Shown piece after piece: positions 8,901-16,546 of a stretch of DNA of 44,520 nucleotides. The notes below the pieces were generated by a model, which was not told where the DNA came from, made no database searches, and was given only the letters and a program-made list of their open reading frames with translations. How positions within the stretch are numbered: the first letter of the stretch is position 1; each line of letters opens with the position of its first letter. A program made the translations under genes and the position numbers. The stretch comes from Phycisphaerales bacterium (GTDB taxonomy: Bacteria; Planctomycetota; Phycisphaerae; Phycisphaerales; SM1A02): positions 1 to 44,520 of the forward strand of contig JBBAOD010000003.1 of NCBI GenBank assembly GCA_040401635.1. The letters are read 5' to 3'.

Positions 8901-11900
8901 GAACCGGAACATTGATTGTCAGTGCACCGGATTCATTGATTGCGGTTGCCGACCAGCTGGTGGCACAACTGGACGCGGCTCCGGCGGTCGCTGGCGCCGA
9001 CACGCAACAAGTCCGCGTACATGCGCTGACATTCGCGGATGCCAATCAATTGGCACCTGCGTTGCAGCAGGCATCTGCTGCGATGCCAAGTCCCGCAACA
9101 CAAGATCCGATGAAGGTGTCCATTGTTCCTGCGACTGGCTCCAATGCGTTGATTCTCACGGGAATCGCCCCTGATCTTGACGCCATCGAGAAACTGATCG
9201 ACCCGCTTGATAAGAATGGCACAGCGGATACTGCGCAAGTAAAGACGGTCATGCTGAAGCATGCGCGCGCAGAAACGCTTGCGCCACTGGTGGAGAAACT
9301 GCTCTCCGACCGCGCCATGATGAGCCTGCGGGACATGCCACAAAGTCTTCGCCAGGAATACTTGCGCCGCGGCATTGATCGGGCTCCCGTACGTGTTGCA
9401 GCTGACACTCGACTGAATGCGGTGATCATCAGCGGTCCACCCGCAGTATTGGAAACCGCCGATCAAATGGTGGCACAACTTGACGCAGAATCAGTACCGC
9501 AAGGTGGCGCGCAAGAAGTGCGCGTAGTCACACTTCGAAATGCAGAAGCATCAGAAATTGCCCAGACTATCACGCAGATGTTCGCCAACGATCCATCCGG
9601 CGCTGCTGCGCCATTGGTCACGGTCAATGCCAGTTCGAACAGCTTGATTGTCCGTGCCACCGAGGCGCAACACACGCAAATTGAAGGTGTGATTGAGCAA
9701 GTGGACGCTGCCGCAGGTGTATCTGGCCGAGAAATGCGCACGGTCGCGATCGATCCATCACGTGGTGACGCCTCAGAGCTCGCACGCATGTTGGAGCGAT
9801 CATTGAATCGCGAAGGCGGCGGCGGTGCCGAAGTCGTAACGATGGAAGAATTGATGAAGCGCGCACAGCAGGCCAAGCCCGCTTCACCAAGTGCACCAGC
9901 GCCTTCGCCCAGTGCAAAGCCGGTTACCCCCGCTGTCGTGCCCGCAGCTGCCCCTTCCCCTGCAACTACGAATCCAAGCACTCCAGCACCGCGCGCCGCT
10001 CCGCTTCCACAGCCGAACGCACGCTCGCAAGCCACTCCGCGCGCGCCGCACTTTGCAGCCGCACTTCTTGCCACCGCGCTTGCGCAGTCGAGCGGCGGAA
10101 TGAATCAGGCGGCAACGATCAACCAAGATGATGACACGCGCGTCACCATTACCGTTGATCCAAAGACCAACAGTTTGGTGATCGTTGGTTCAAAGCGCGC
10201 AGTGGAGCGCGCGCAGCGACTTGCTCAGCAAGCGCAGCAGTCCATCGCGCCGGCTGGAAGCGTGGTCCGCGTGGTGCAGCTTCCTGCTGGTGCCGATACC
10301 GCCGCGCTCCGTGAGGTGGTTCTGCAGACGGTGGCAGTGATGACCCCAGCGGGCGGGCGTATTGGTGACATTGCCCGTCGCTCATCGGTAGTTGCTGATC
10401 CACAAGGTGGAACACTGGTAATTTCGGCGCCCGAGCGCGACATCGATCAGATTCTTGATGCCACCGCAAAGATCGTTGCCGGTGCAAAGGGCACCGAGCC
10501 CACTAACAAGCCCGTACTCCGGACGTTCACACTTTCGCAAGCGCGGGCGGTGAAGTTAGCGAACACGCTGCAGCAATTGTTCGGCAGCCGCCGCGGCGCC
10601 AACCCGCTCGCCGCGCCGCAATTTAGTGCCGACGAACGCACCAACACGCTCATGGTCACTGCTTCGCCAGCGGCACTTCTAGAGGTAGAAGAGTTGGTTG
10701 CCAAGCTTGACACCGGTTCGCCCGCCGCGGACGTTCAGGTGAAGACCTTCGTCCTTGTGCACGCGCAAGCGGATGAATTGGTGTGGACACTTCGGCAGCT
10801 GTTGTCGGCCCGAACCGACTCACAGGGAATTCGTCTTGATGCTGACCGCGCCAGCAACCGCTTGATTGTCGCGGGAAGTGCAGATCAGATTGCCAGCGCA
10901 ACACAACTCTTGGCGGAACTCGACCGTCCATCAGATGTGGTTCGCACTACTGAGTTCCTGACTTTGAAGCACGCGGAAGCACAAAAGGTTCGCGAGGCAC
11001 TCGGCTACTTCTATGGTCCTGATGCGGTTGATGCCGAGACCCCAGGTCGCCGCGCGGTGCGGATTGTCACTGACCCCGCCACTAACTCGCTGGTAGTCAG
11101 TGCCCCGAAAGAGGAATGGGACGGCTTGCGTTCCATGATCAACAAGCTTGATAGCGAAGATTATGACTCCAACTTGCAGCTGCGGGTCTTTTCGTTGCGG
11201 AACGCGCAGGCAACTAGCGTCGCCACCGCCATCAACACAGCGTTCAAGGGCGACCAGCAAGAGCGGCAGCAGGTAGCGCCCGCTGGCCCCGATGGTCGAC
11301 CAACGCGGCAAGCCCCTGCGTATCTCGTCAAAGGCGAGAGTTGGGTGAGCGCCGTGGCGGATCCAGTGACTAATTCCGTGATTGTGAGTGCAAACCGCAA
11401 GAACCTTGGCAAGATTGAGGTGATCGTTCAGCAGTTGGATGCAGAGCGCGTGGCCGGCCTACCCGCGCCGCGTCTCATTCCTGTACTTGAAGGTCACAGC
11501 CCCACGCAAATTGCCGCAGCGCTTCGCACAGTGTTTGCGCCAGCGGAGGGCCAGCCACGCGGACTCAATTCGCCGCGCATCGTGCCGGATGAGACGGCTG
11601 GAACCATCATCATTCGCGCGGAAGACAAGGACTACGAAGACATGGCAGCACTGGCCGCGACGCTGCAGGGCATGCGCCCGGAGGCAAGTGGTTCGCTGTT
11701 CATGGTGGAGTTGAAGCACCTTTCTGCCGATGCTGCTGCGCAGACCGTCAATGGTCTTGGGCTGACGTCCGCAGGTGCCACCGATCCGAAAGGTCGAGTT
11801 GTTCGTGGCCCAGTAAAGGTCTTTGCGGTGCCGGGGCGGAACTCGTTGGCGATTGCCGCGCTGCCAGAAGATCGCGCACTGATTGCCGATCTGGTCGCCG

Positions 11901-14900
11901 GCATCGACACCGAGCCAACTTGGGCACAGAGCGAAGGCGAATTGGTGCGCCTCAGTAAGGCGGCAGCGCCTGCCGTGGCAGCTTCGCTGCAGAAGATGAT
12001 TGATGCCGCTGCAACGCCTGGAGCCAATAGCCTTGCCAAAGCGCTGCAGGAACAAGTGCGGCGTTTGCGAATTCGTCGCAGCGGCGTACTGACCGCGGAT
12101 TTGATGTTGGACCTCACCAAGCCGCTCAAACTGGTGGCTGACGAGAAGACCAATTCGATCATGGTGACGGGCGCCAAGGAAAATGTAGAAGCGGCACGCG
12201 AACTGATTGCCATGCTTGATGACGTGCCGATGACCGGCTCAGTCACCATGCGCATTCTGCCGATGCGGAACATTGACGCGCAAGAGTTTGCCACGGTGGT
12301 TCGTGAACTGTTCACGCAGGGCAAGGCGCTTGGCAAGATTCCTGGCACAACGCTCACTGGCGCACCCCAGGGTGATGTTGGAACCGCGCTCGCTGATGAC
12401 TTTGCGCTCACCGTAGTGGAGCGCACCAATACCGTGATCGTTGCTGGTCGCGACGAAGCAGTGGCACTGGTGGAAGCCATGCAACAGCGGCTCGACACCA
12501 CCGATGCGTCGGCCGCTTCAGCGGTTCGTAGTTATCCATTGAATCGCGCGGGCGCCACGGCGGTCTCGCAGCGACTGGAACAGTTCTTCAATGCCCAAGC
12601 CCAACAGAAGAACTTCCGCCCCGAAGACAAGGTGCGTATGGTGGCTGATGACCGCACCAACACGTTGGTGGTGAGTACTTCACAGCGAAGTTTCTCAGTG
12701 CTTGAGGAACTCTTGAAGCAACTCGACCGGGAAATCCCCGCTGATCTGCGCGAACTCAAGCTGGTGCAATTGACTCACGCGAGCGCCACACGCTTGGCCC
12801 CGCTCATCCAGCAACTCATGGATTCGCGCCTGGAACGCGTGCGTGCTGCGGAGCCACGCGCCGCTGACTTACAGAAAGTGACCATTCTGGCTGACGAACA
12901 AGCCAATACGCTCCTGGTATCCGGCGGCGCCGATGCGTTTGATGTCATCAAGGGAATTGTTGCGCAGCTTGACACCTTGGAGCGGACTGATGTCGCCCCG
13001 CTCCATGTATTGCCGATGAAGCGCGGCAACCTTGATCGCGTTGCGACCGCCGTCAATCAAATCATGGACCGCCGTTACGCAGACATGCCACAGACCGTGG
13101 CCAAGCGCGCACGTCCCTTGGTGATGACCGACCCGCGTTCCAACTGCTTGCTGATTGCCGCAACGGAACCCGATTTCAAGGACATCGAAAGCCTGGTGGC
13201 GCGTATCGAGGAGCAGCCAACGGATCCAGCGGTCGCCCTGCATGTCATCCCGGTCCAAGGTGTTCGTGTGGAAACTATTGCCCCACGCTTGCAGACGGTG
13301 ATGCGTGAACGCATGGCCACTCTCGGAGACACGGCCCGTCCCTCGGACCGAATCTCCATCGAGAGCGACCTTGCCACCACTACGTTGATCGTTGCTTCGA
13401 GCCAAGAAAACGCAGAGATCATCAAACAGTTGATTGATAGCCTGAAATCAGTGGGAAATGACAGCGCACTGACGCGTGACTTCCAGACAATCCAGCTGAA
13501 GAAGAGCCGAGCCACCGACATTGTCCAGTTGCTCGACAACATGTACATCCGCGAGGAAAACCGTCGCCGCGGCAACGACAGCGTGCGCGCCATTGTTGAT
13601 AGCCGAACCAATGCCGTGATTCTCTCGGGTGCGGCTTCTGACATCACCACCATGAGCAAGATTGTTGGCGAACTGGAAGCCACCAAGCCGCTGGAAGTGG
13701 TGGAGATTAAGTACATCCGCCTCAAGAGCGCCAACGTGCTGGAACTGATCAGTCTGATTGACAGCGTTCTCTCCGGAAATTCGCTGGCATCACGCGGTAC
13801 TCAGCAGGCCACTATTGTGCGCTATCTCAAGCAAATGCCCGGCGTCGATACCGAGAGCGCGGAAATGGAAATCAACGCCGCGGTGCGGCAGTCCATCAGC
13901 CTGACTCCGGACATTCGCTCCAACACGGTGATCGTGCGTGCGCCCAAGGACTCCATGGACTTGGTTGAGAAGATGATCGAAGACCTTGATCACGACGACA
14001 GTTCCGCCCAGAATGTGCGGGTGATCCGCATGGCTCACGCCGAAGCAGAGAGCGTCTTGGAGATTCTGAACGAACTGTTCCGCTTGAAAAAGCAGGGGAA
14101 TTTGTATGTTCTGAAGCCGCGCGATGGCGGAACCCCACCGTCTGCCGATGGTGCAACGCCCGGGACTGCCCCAGAGAACGCCGGACGATCCACCACGATT
14201 GCTGGTCTTGAACTGAACATGGTGCCTGATGAGCGCCAAGAGCTTTCCATTACTGTTGACCCGCGCACGAATAGTTTGCTAGTGAGCGGCACCCCGAACT
14301 ATCTGAGTGCAGTAGAGAAGGTAGTGAAGGAGCTGGACACAGATCAATTTGGCAATCGCGATCAGCATATTGTTCATCTGAAGAACGCAACCGCTATTGA
14401 GGTGGCAGAGACGCTCACTAAATTCGCGGACGGCGAGCGCAACAAACTACTAGAGGTGTACGGAAACAATCGGCAAGCTGCCTCCAGCCGTCTGCTTGAC
14501 GCACAGGTCACCGTTGTTGGCGATCAGAAGTCAAACTCTGTGCTGCTTACCGGCAGCCCGCGCTACGTGGAGAAGCTGAAGGGTGTCATCAAGGAGCTTG
14601 ACGTTGACCCGCCGCAAGTGTTGATTCAGGTGATGTTGGCCGAAGTGACCTTGGTCGACAATGAGGACATTGGTATTGAATTCTCACGTATCGACTATGG
14701 CGATGGCTATTACTCTGCGGGCGGATTTGGCCTGAATAAGACCGGATTTGGCACGTTGCAGCCCAAGGCTCCCGGTCTGGTTGGTCTTGCACCAGCACTG
14801 TTCTCGGGTATCGGCATTCCCAACATTGCCGTGGGCGGACCCGACTTTGATTTGTTGATCAACGCATTGGCATCACAGAACCGCGTGCAGATGCTTTCCA

Positions 14901-15715
14901 ATCCAAGCGTCATGGTGGCGAACAACACACGTGGTCGGATTCAGGTTGGTGAAACCATTCGAGTTCCTGATGCAGTCACCGTCAGCGCCGCCGGACAGCA
15001 AAGCGCAGTCAGTGCAGAAGAAGTGGGTGTGATTCTGGAAGTCACGCCATCAATTAACCCCGATGGATTTGTGAAGATGGCAGTGGAGCCAGAAATCAGT
15101 CGACTCAGTAAGCAGACAGTGGACATTTCGGAAAACTTCCGTAGTCCAATCATTGAGCGACGGCGTGCCAACACCACCGTCACGGTCCGTGACGGAGAAA
15201 CCGTAGTGATCGGCGGTCTCATCAATGATCGCTACGAACGCTCCGACCGCAAGATTCCAATTCTGGGCGACATTCCCATCATTGGCTTGGCGTTCCGGCA
15301 AAAGACCGAGACCACCGCCAAGACAGAACTGCTGATCGTCTTGCGGCCGCACGTGGTGCGCACGCCGCAGCGCATGCAGCAGATCACCGAGGAGTCGGTC
15401 GGTCGCATGTCCTTGCAGCCTGGTCTCAAGGAACAGATTCGTAAGGCTGAACTCAAGGGCACACAGGGCCGGTACAACGACAAGGGTGAGTGGGTTGACC
15501 CGATCGGCGCGCCTTCCGAGGCTCCAGCCGCCGACGGCGACGCACCAATGCCAAGAAAGGGCGACTCAACGCTGATCATGCCCGTCACGTCAGAGCCTGG
15601 CGATCAAGTGACCACCAAGCAAGCAAACGGCAGCATCACCATTGGCCCTAAGTTGCCAGCGCCAAGCGCAGAACCTTCGCCACCGACCGCCCCGCTTACA
15701 CCAAAGGCACCATGA
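5945..15715 (+). CDS. Giant secretin (GspD/PilQ family), 3256 aa, with about 30 tandem secretin N-domain modules
   Basis: The C-terminal secretin core (about 14610-15360) reads VLIQVMLAEVTLVDNEDIGIEF, LINALASQNRVQMLSNPSVMVANNTRGRIQVGE, TVTVRDGETVVIGGLINDRYERSDRKIPILGDIPIIGLAFRQK..TELLIVLRPHVV. Signal peptide MNTKISNASRMIPEVLAVFAVSVTALTTPVIAA (alternative ATG at 5963). N0-like start IRFAFKGQSWDQILDYFSR. After that comes a ~90-aa module recurring about 30 times. No in-frame stop. Confidence 0.9.
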   Translation: MSRTRHMNTKISNASRMIPEVLAVFAVSVTALTTPVIAAHTSNVANTAADPAASIMQDPPAPTSGGIRFAFKGQSWDQILDYFSRTTSLPIVRETEVPKGSVDYISARAYTLPEALSTLNQLLQTQNVMLRVEKDKLYLQKLADMKRENIPTFVNELPATVTDDTIVTLMLPLKTARVGPISTQLANLVGTYGSVTALEAQNSLILVETAGQVRRMLKMIESIDHAEPDNEVRFYPLRHAKANTLIASLSSLIGQRQIEYVIGADGKKTKIEESKMEGLSMTADERTNAIVARGVRSRLLQLADVIELLDVPSEGSAGAGIPGAPAAVTRSVRTVMLRGVTPSEAKLRLDELYATLPKELKPTVLAMDEVGKLAIVGPSQSVAEGAALIEALDGDRRVPGSARVDDIDPQTVTLIPLRNADATSIIPQIRDLQTAAQRKVVTIAAGPDGRSVIVSALSSESDQVRRIVEILDQAGRIERRTQVLKVQAVKPADAIAAAKRILASERDPRSPEGELDIGIASDGRTLTVAGTQAAIARFEQALKLAEQATVVERSTRVFELKYAQATKVAPALQQMAKQILTPKDGTQYSEPQIEGIDTLHQLSVTGTEEQLKSIATLVATLDRADRTGRMVAVRQAKASELATSVRDLVARTQVDDPSHPFTAPTIEPIEQTNSLWIVGEPAQLAAVEEVVRQLDTVTPGQLPPLRLLQVRAADASQMAQLLTARYDQRPADLRREKPVRVDADTATNTLIVTAHEEVFPEIREFIESVNRSGEKDGQRETVIIPLRVGRAVEVAAALDKLYPQPPMPLDARGRPLPHLQKQKDIFISADAATNTVIVECPGERKAQFEAIVAQLDRIEAPPQAGVRTWRIDRGDLDKIAASIRGLAQSGALAAPSVAGRKSPEVTVQVESASRTLIVTGDEAAFSKVDAVVKELQGVPAAGFKTYVLKSGRTDQVSSLLKQVLTTRARRDIPGGESQVEVTSDRRTGTLIVSAPDSLIAVADQLVAQLDAAPAVAGADTQQVRVHALTFADANQLAPALQQASAAMPSPATQDPMKVSIVPATGSNALILTGIAPDLDAIEKLIDPLDKNGTADTAQVKTVMLKHARAETLAPLVEKLLSDRAMMSLRDMPQSLRQEYLRRGIDRAPVRVAADTRLNAVIISGPPAVLETADQMVAQLDAESVPQGGAQEVRVVTLRNAEASEIAQTITQMFANDPSGAAAPLVTVNASSNSLIVRATEAQHTQIEGVIEQVDAAAGVSGREMRTVAIDPSRGDASELARMLERSLNREGGGGAEVVTMEELMKRAQQAKPASPSAPAPSPSAKPVTPAVVPAAAPSPATTNPSTPAPRAAPLPQPNARSQATPRAPHFAAALLATALAQSSGGMNQAATINQDDDTRVTITVDPKTNSLVIVGSKRAVERAQRLAQQAQQSIAPAGSVVRVVQLPAGADTAALREVVLQTVAVMTPAGGRIGDIARRSSVVADPQGGTLVISAPERDIDQILDATAKIVAGAKGTEPTNKPVLRTFTLSQARAVKLANTLQQLFGSRRGANPLAAPQFSADERTNTLMVTASPAALLEVEELVAKLDTGSPAADVQVKTFVLVHAQADELVWTLRQLLSARTDSQGIRLDADRASNRLIVAGSADQIASATQLLAELDRPSDVVRTTEFLTLKHAEAQKVREALGYFYGPDAVDAETPGRRAVRIVTDPATNSLVVSAPKEEWDGLRSMINKLDSEDYDSNLQLRVFSLRNAQATSVATAINTAFKGDQQERQQVAPAGPDGRPTRQAPAYLVKGESWVSAVADPVTNSVIVSANRKNLGKIEVIVQQLDAERVAGLPAPRLIPVLEGHSPTQIAAALRTVFAPAEGQPRGLNSPRIVPDETAGTIIIRAEDKDYEDMAALAATLQGMRPEASGSLFMVELKHLSADAAAQTVNGLGLTSAGATDPKGRVVRGPVKVFAVPGRNSLAIAALPEDRALIADLVAGIDTEPTWAQSEGELVRLSKAAAPAVAASLQKMIDAAATPGANSLAKALQEQVRRLRIRRSGVLTADLMLDLTKPLKLVADEKTNSIMVTGAKENVEAARELIAMLDDVPMTGSVTMRILPMRNIDAQEFATVVRELFTQGKALGKIPGTTLTGAPQGDVGTALADDFALTVVERTNTVIVAGRDEAVALVEAMQQRLDTTDASAASAVRSYPLNRAGATAVSQRLEQFFNAQAQQKNFRPEDKVRMVADDRTNTLVVSTSQRSFSVLEELLKQLDREIPADLRELKLVQLTHASATRLAPLIQQLMDSRLERVRAAEPRAADLQKVTILADEQANTLLVSGGADAFDVIKGIVAQLDTLERTDVAPLHVLPMKRGNLDRVATAVNQIMDRRYADMPQTVAKRARPLVMTDPRSNCLLIAATEPDFKDIESLVARIEEQPTDPAVALHVIPVQGVRVETIAPRLQTVMRERMATLGDTARPSDRISIESDLATTTLIVASSQENAEIIKQLIDSLKSVGNDSALTRDFQTIQLKKSRATDIVQLLDNMYIREENRRRGNDSVRAIVDSRTNAVILSGAASDITTMSKIVGELEATKPLEVVEIKYIRLKSANVLELISLIDSVLSGNSLASRGTQQATIVRYLKQMPGVDTESAEMEINAAVRQSISLTPDIRSNTVIVRAPKDSMDLVEKMIEDLDHDDSSAQNVRVIRMAHAEAESVLEILNELFRLKKQGNLYVLKPRDGGTPPSADGATPGTAPENAGRSTTIAGLELNMVPDERQELSITVDPRTNSLLVSGTPNYLSAVEKVVKELDTDQFGNRDQHIVHLKNATAIEVAETLTKFADGERNKLLEVYGNNRQAASSRLLDAQVTVVGDQKSNSVLLTGSPRYVEKLKGVIKELDVDPPQVLIQVMLAEVTLVDNEDIGIEFSRIDYGDGYYSAGGFGLNKTGFGTLQPKAPGLVGLAPALFSGIGIPNIAVGGPDFDLLINALASQNRVQMLSNPSVMVANNTRGRIQVGETIRVPDAVTVSAAGQQSAVSAEEVGVILEVTPSINPDGFVKMAVEPEISRLSKQTVDISENFRSPIIERRRANTTVTVRDGETVVIGGLINDRYERSDRKIPILGDIPIIGLAFRQKTETTAKTELLIVLRPHVVRTPQRMQQITEESVGRMSLQPGLKEQIRKAELKGTQGRYNDKGEWVDPIGAPSEAPAADGDAPMPRKGDSTLIMPVTSEPGDQVTTKQANGSITIGPKLPAPSAEPSPPTAPLTPKAP

Positions 15716-16290
15716 ATTTCCCGCCATCCATCTGCCTTGCGCTCGGTGCGTTGCTGAGCCTCACTGGTTGTGAGACCGTTTCCAAGGAAACATCAGACGG
15801 TCGTCCCATGCCTCCACATGCGCGTGTGCCGCAGGCGGCCCCGGATGGCGTAGCAGTCAACGCGATGAGTGTCTTGTATGCGCCGAAACCCACCGATAGC
15901 GATGCCAATGGTCGCCCCGATCGGCTCAGTATTGAGCTCTACCTCTTTGCGCGGCCGTACCCAACGCCGATTTGGCGCGACGGCACATTGAACGTCGCTG
16001 CGTACCGCATGGGCACCGCGGGATCGGCAACGGTACCGGGCGATCATCCCATTCATGTCTGGAGTATTCCCACGCGCGACCTTGATCTTGGCAGATTTCG
16101 CAGCCTGATCGGTGAGGGATATCGCTTCCAGGTATCGCTCTTGGATGATGGAGGCAACGATCGCATCGATGGAACGGCCATCGACTTCGTGACATGGTTT
16201 CGTCCATCGTCTGGCGCTTCGCCTATCTGGTCGGACGGTGTTCGATCCATTGCCTTTGAACCAATGGCATCAGGCGAAGTTCATCAGTAA
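15712..16290 (+). CDS. Lipoprotein, function unknown (candidate secretin pilotin/accessory)
   Basis: Lipobox in MNFPPSICLALGALLSLTG/CETV. ATGA overlap with the secretin stop. Last gene before a terminator. Confidence 0.75.
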   Translation: MNFPPSICLALGALLSLTGCETVSKETSDGRPMPPHARVPQAAPDGVAVNAMSVLYAPKPTDSDANGRPDRLSIELYLFARPYPTPIWRDGTLNVAAYRMGTAGSATVPGDHPIHVWSIPTRDLDLGRFRSLIGEGYRFQVSLLDDGGNDRIDGTAIDFVTWFRPSSGASPIWSDGVRSIAFEPMASGEVHQ

Positions 16291-16299
16291 AAACGAAAT

Positions 16300-16329
16300 C
16301 GCCCGGCGATGAACCGGGCGTTCTGTGTG
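16300..16329 (+). terminator. Rho-independent terminator of the secretion operon
   Basis: Hairpin cgcccgg-cgatgaa-ccgggcg (16300-16320) followed by ttctgtgtg, 10 nt after the TAA stop at 16288-16290. Confidence 0.6.
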
Positions 16330-16347
16330 CAATCAAAGACCGTCAAA

Positions 16348-16418
16348 CTGGGAATCTAGGATTCGAACCTAGACAAACTGAGTCAGAGTCAGTTGTGCTA
16401 CCGTTACACCAATTCCCA
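16348..16418 (-). tRNA. tRNA-Gln (anticodon CUG)
   Basis: The reverse complement folds as a cloverleaf: acceptor TGGGAAT/ATTCCCA, D stem GTGT/GCAC, anticodon stem ACTGA/TCAGT with loop CTCTGAC (U33, CUG, A37), T arm CTAGG-TTCGAAT-CCTAG, discriminator G. CCA is not encoded. Confidence 0.9.
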
Positions 16419-16492
16419 AATCGTGAACTGAAGATTCTAGCGCGGGCATGTCGCAGGGGGAAGTCGCTGTTCGATGCCGATAAGGCCAATAT

Positions 16493-16511
16493 GGACGCTC
16501 TTGCAGCGTCC
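16493..16511 (-). terminator. Possible terminator hairpin downstream of the PDZ lipoprotein gene
   Basis: Perfect 7-bp stem ggacgct-cttgc-agcgtcc, 36 nt beyond the minus-strand stop at 16547. The U-tract is weak. Confidence 0.35.
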
Positions 16512-16546
16512 GCCGCGCTGCATTCCCTCGCGATCGATGAGCCGAT

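Noticed and set aside
5945-15715. Possibility that the 9.8-kb ORF is several genes or a pseudogene run-through.
   Set aside because: There is no in-frame stop. The repeat modules keep a consistent periodicity and conserved hydrophobic pattern throughout, and a bona fide signal peptide and secretin core sit at the two ends. Misassembly of repeats cannot be excluded from the sequence alone.
16348-16418. tRNA-Gln as an integration hotspot marking a genomic island.
   Set aside because: I saw no integrase, recombinase, direct repeat of the tRNA 3' end, or mobility gene on either side. The flanking genes look native.
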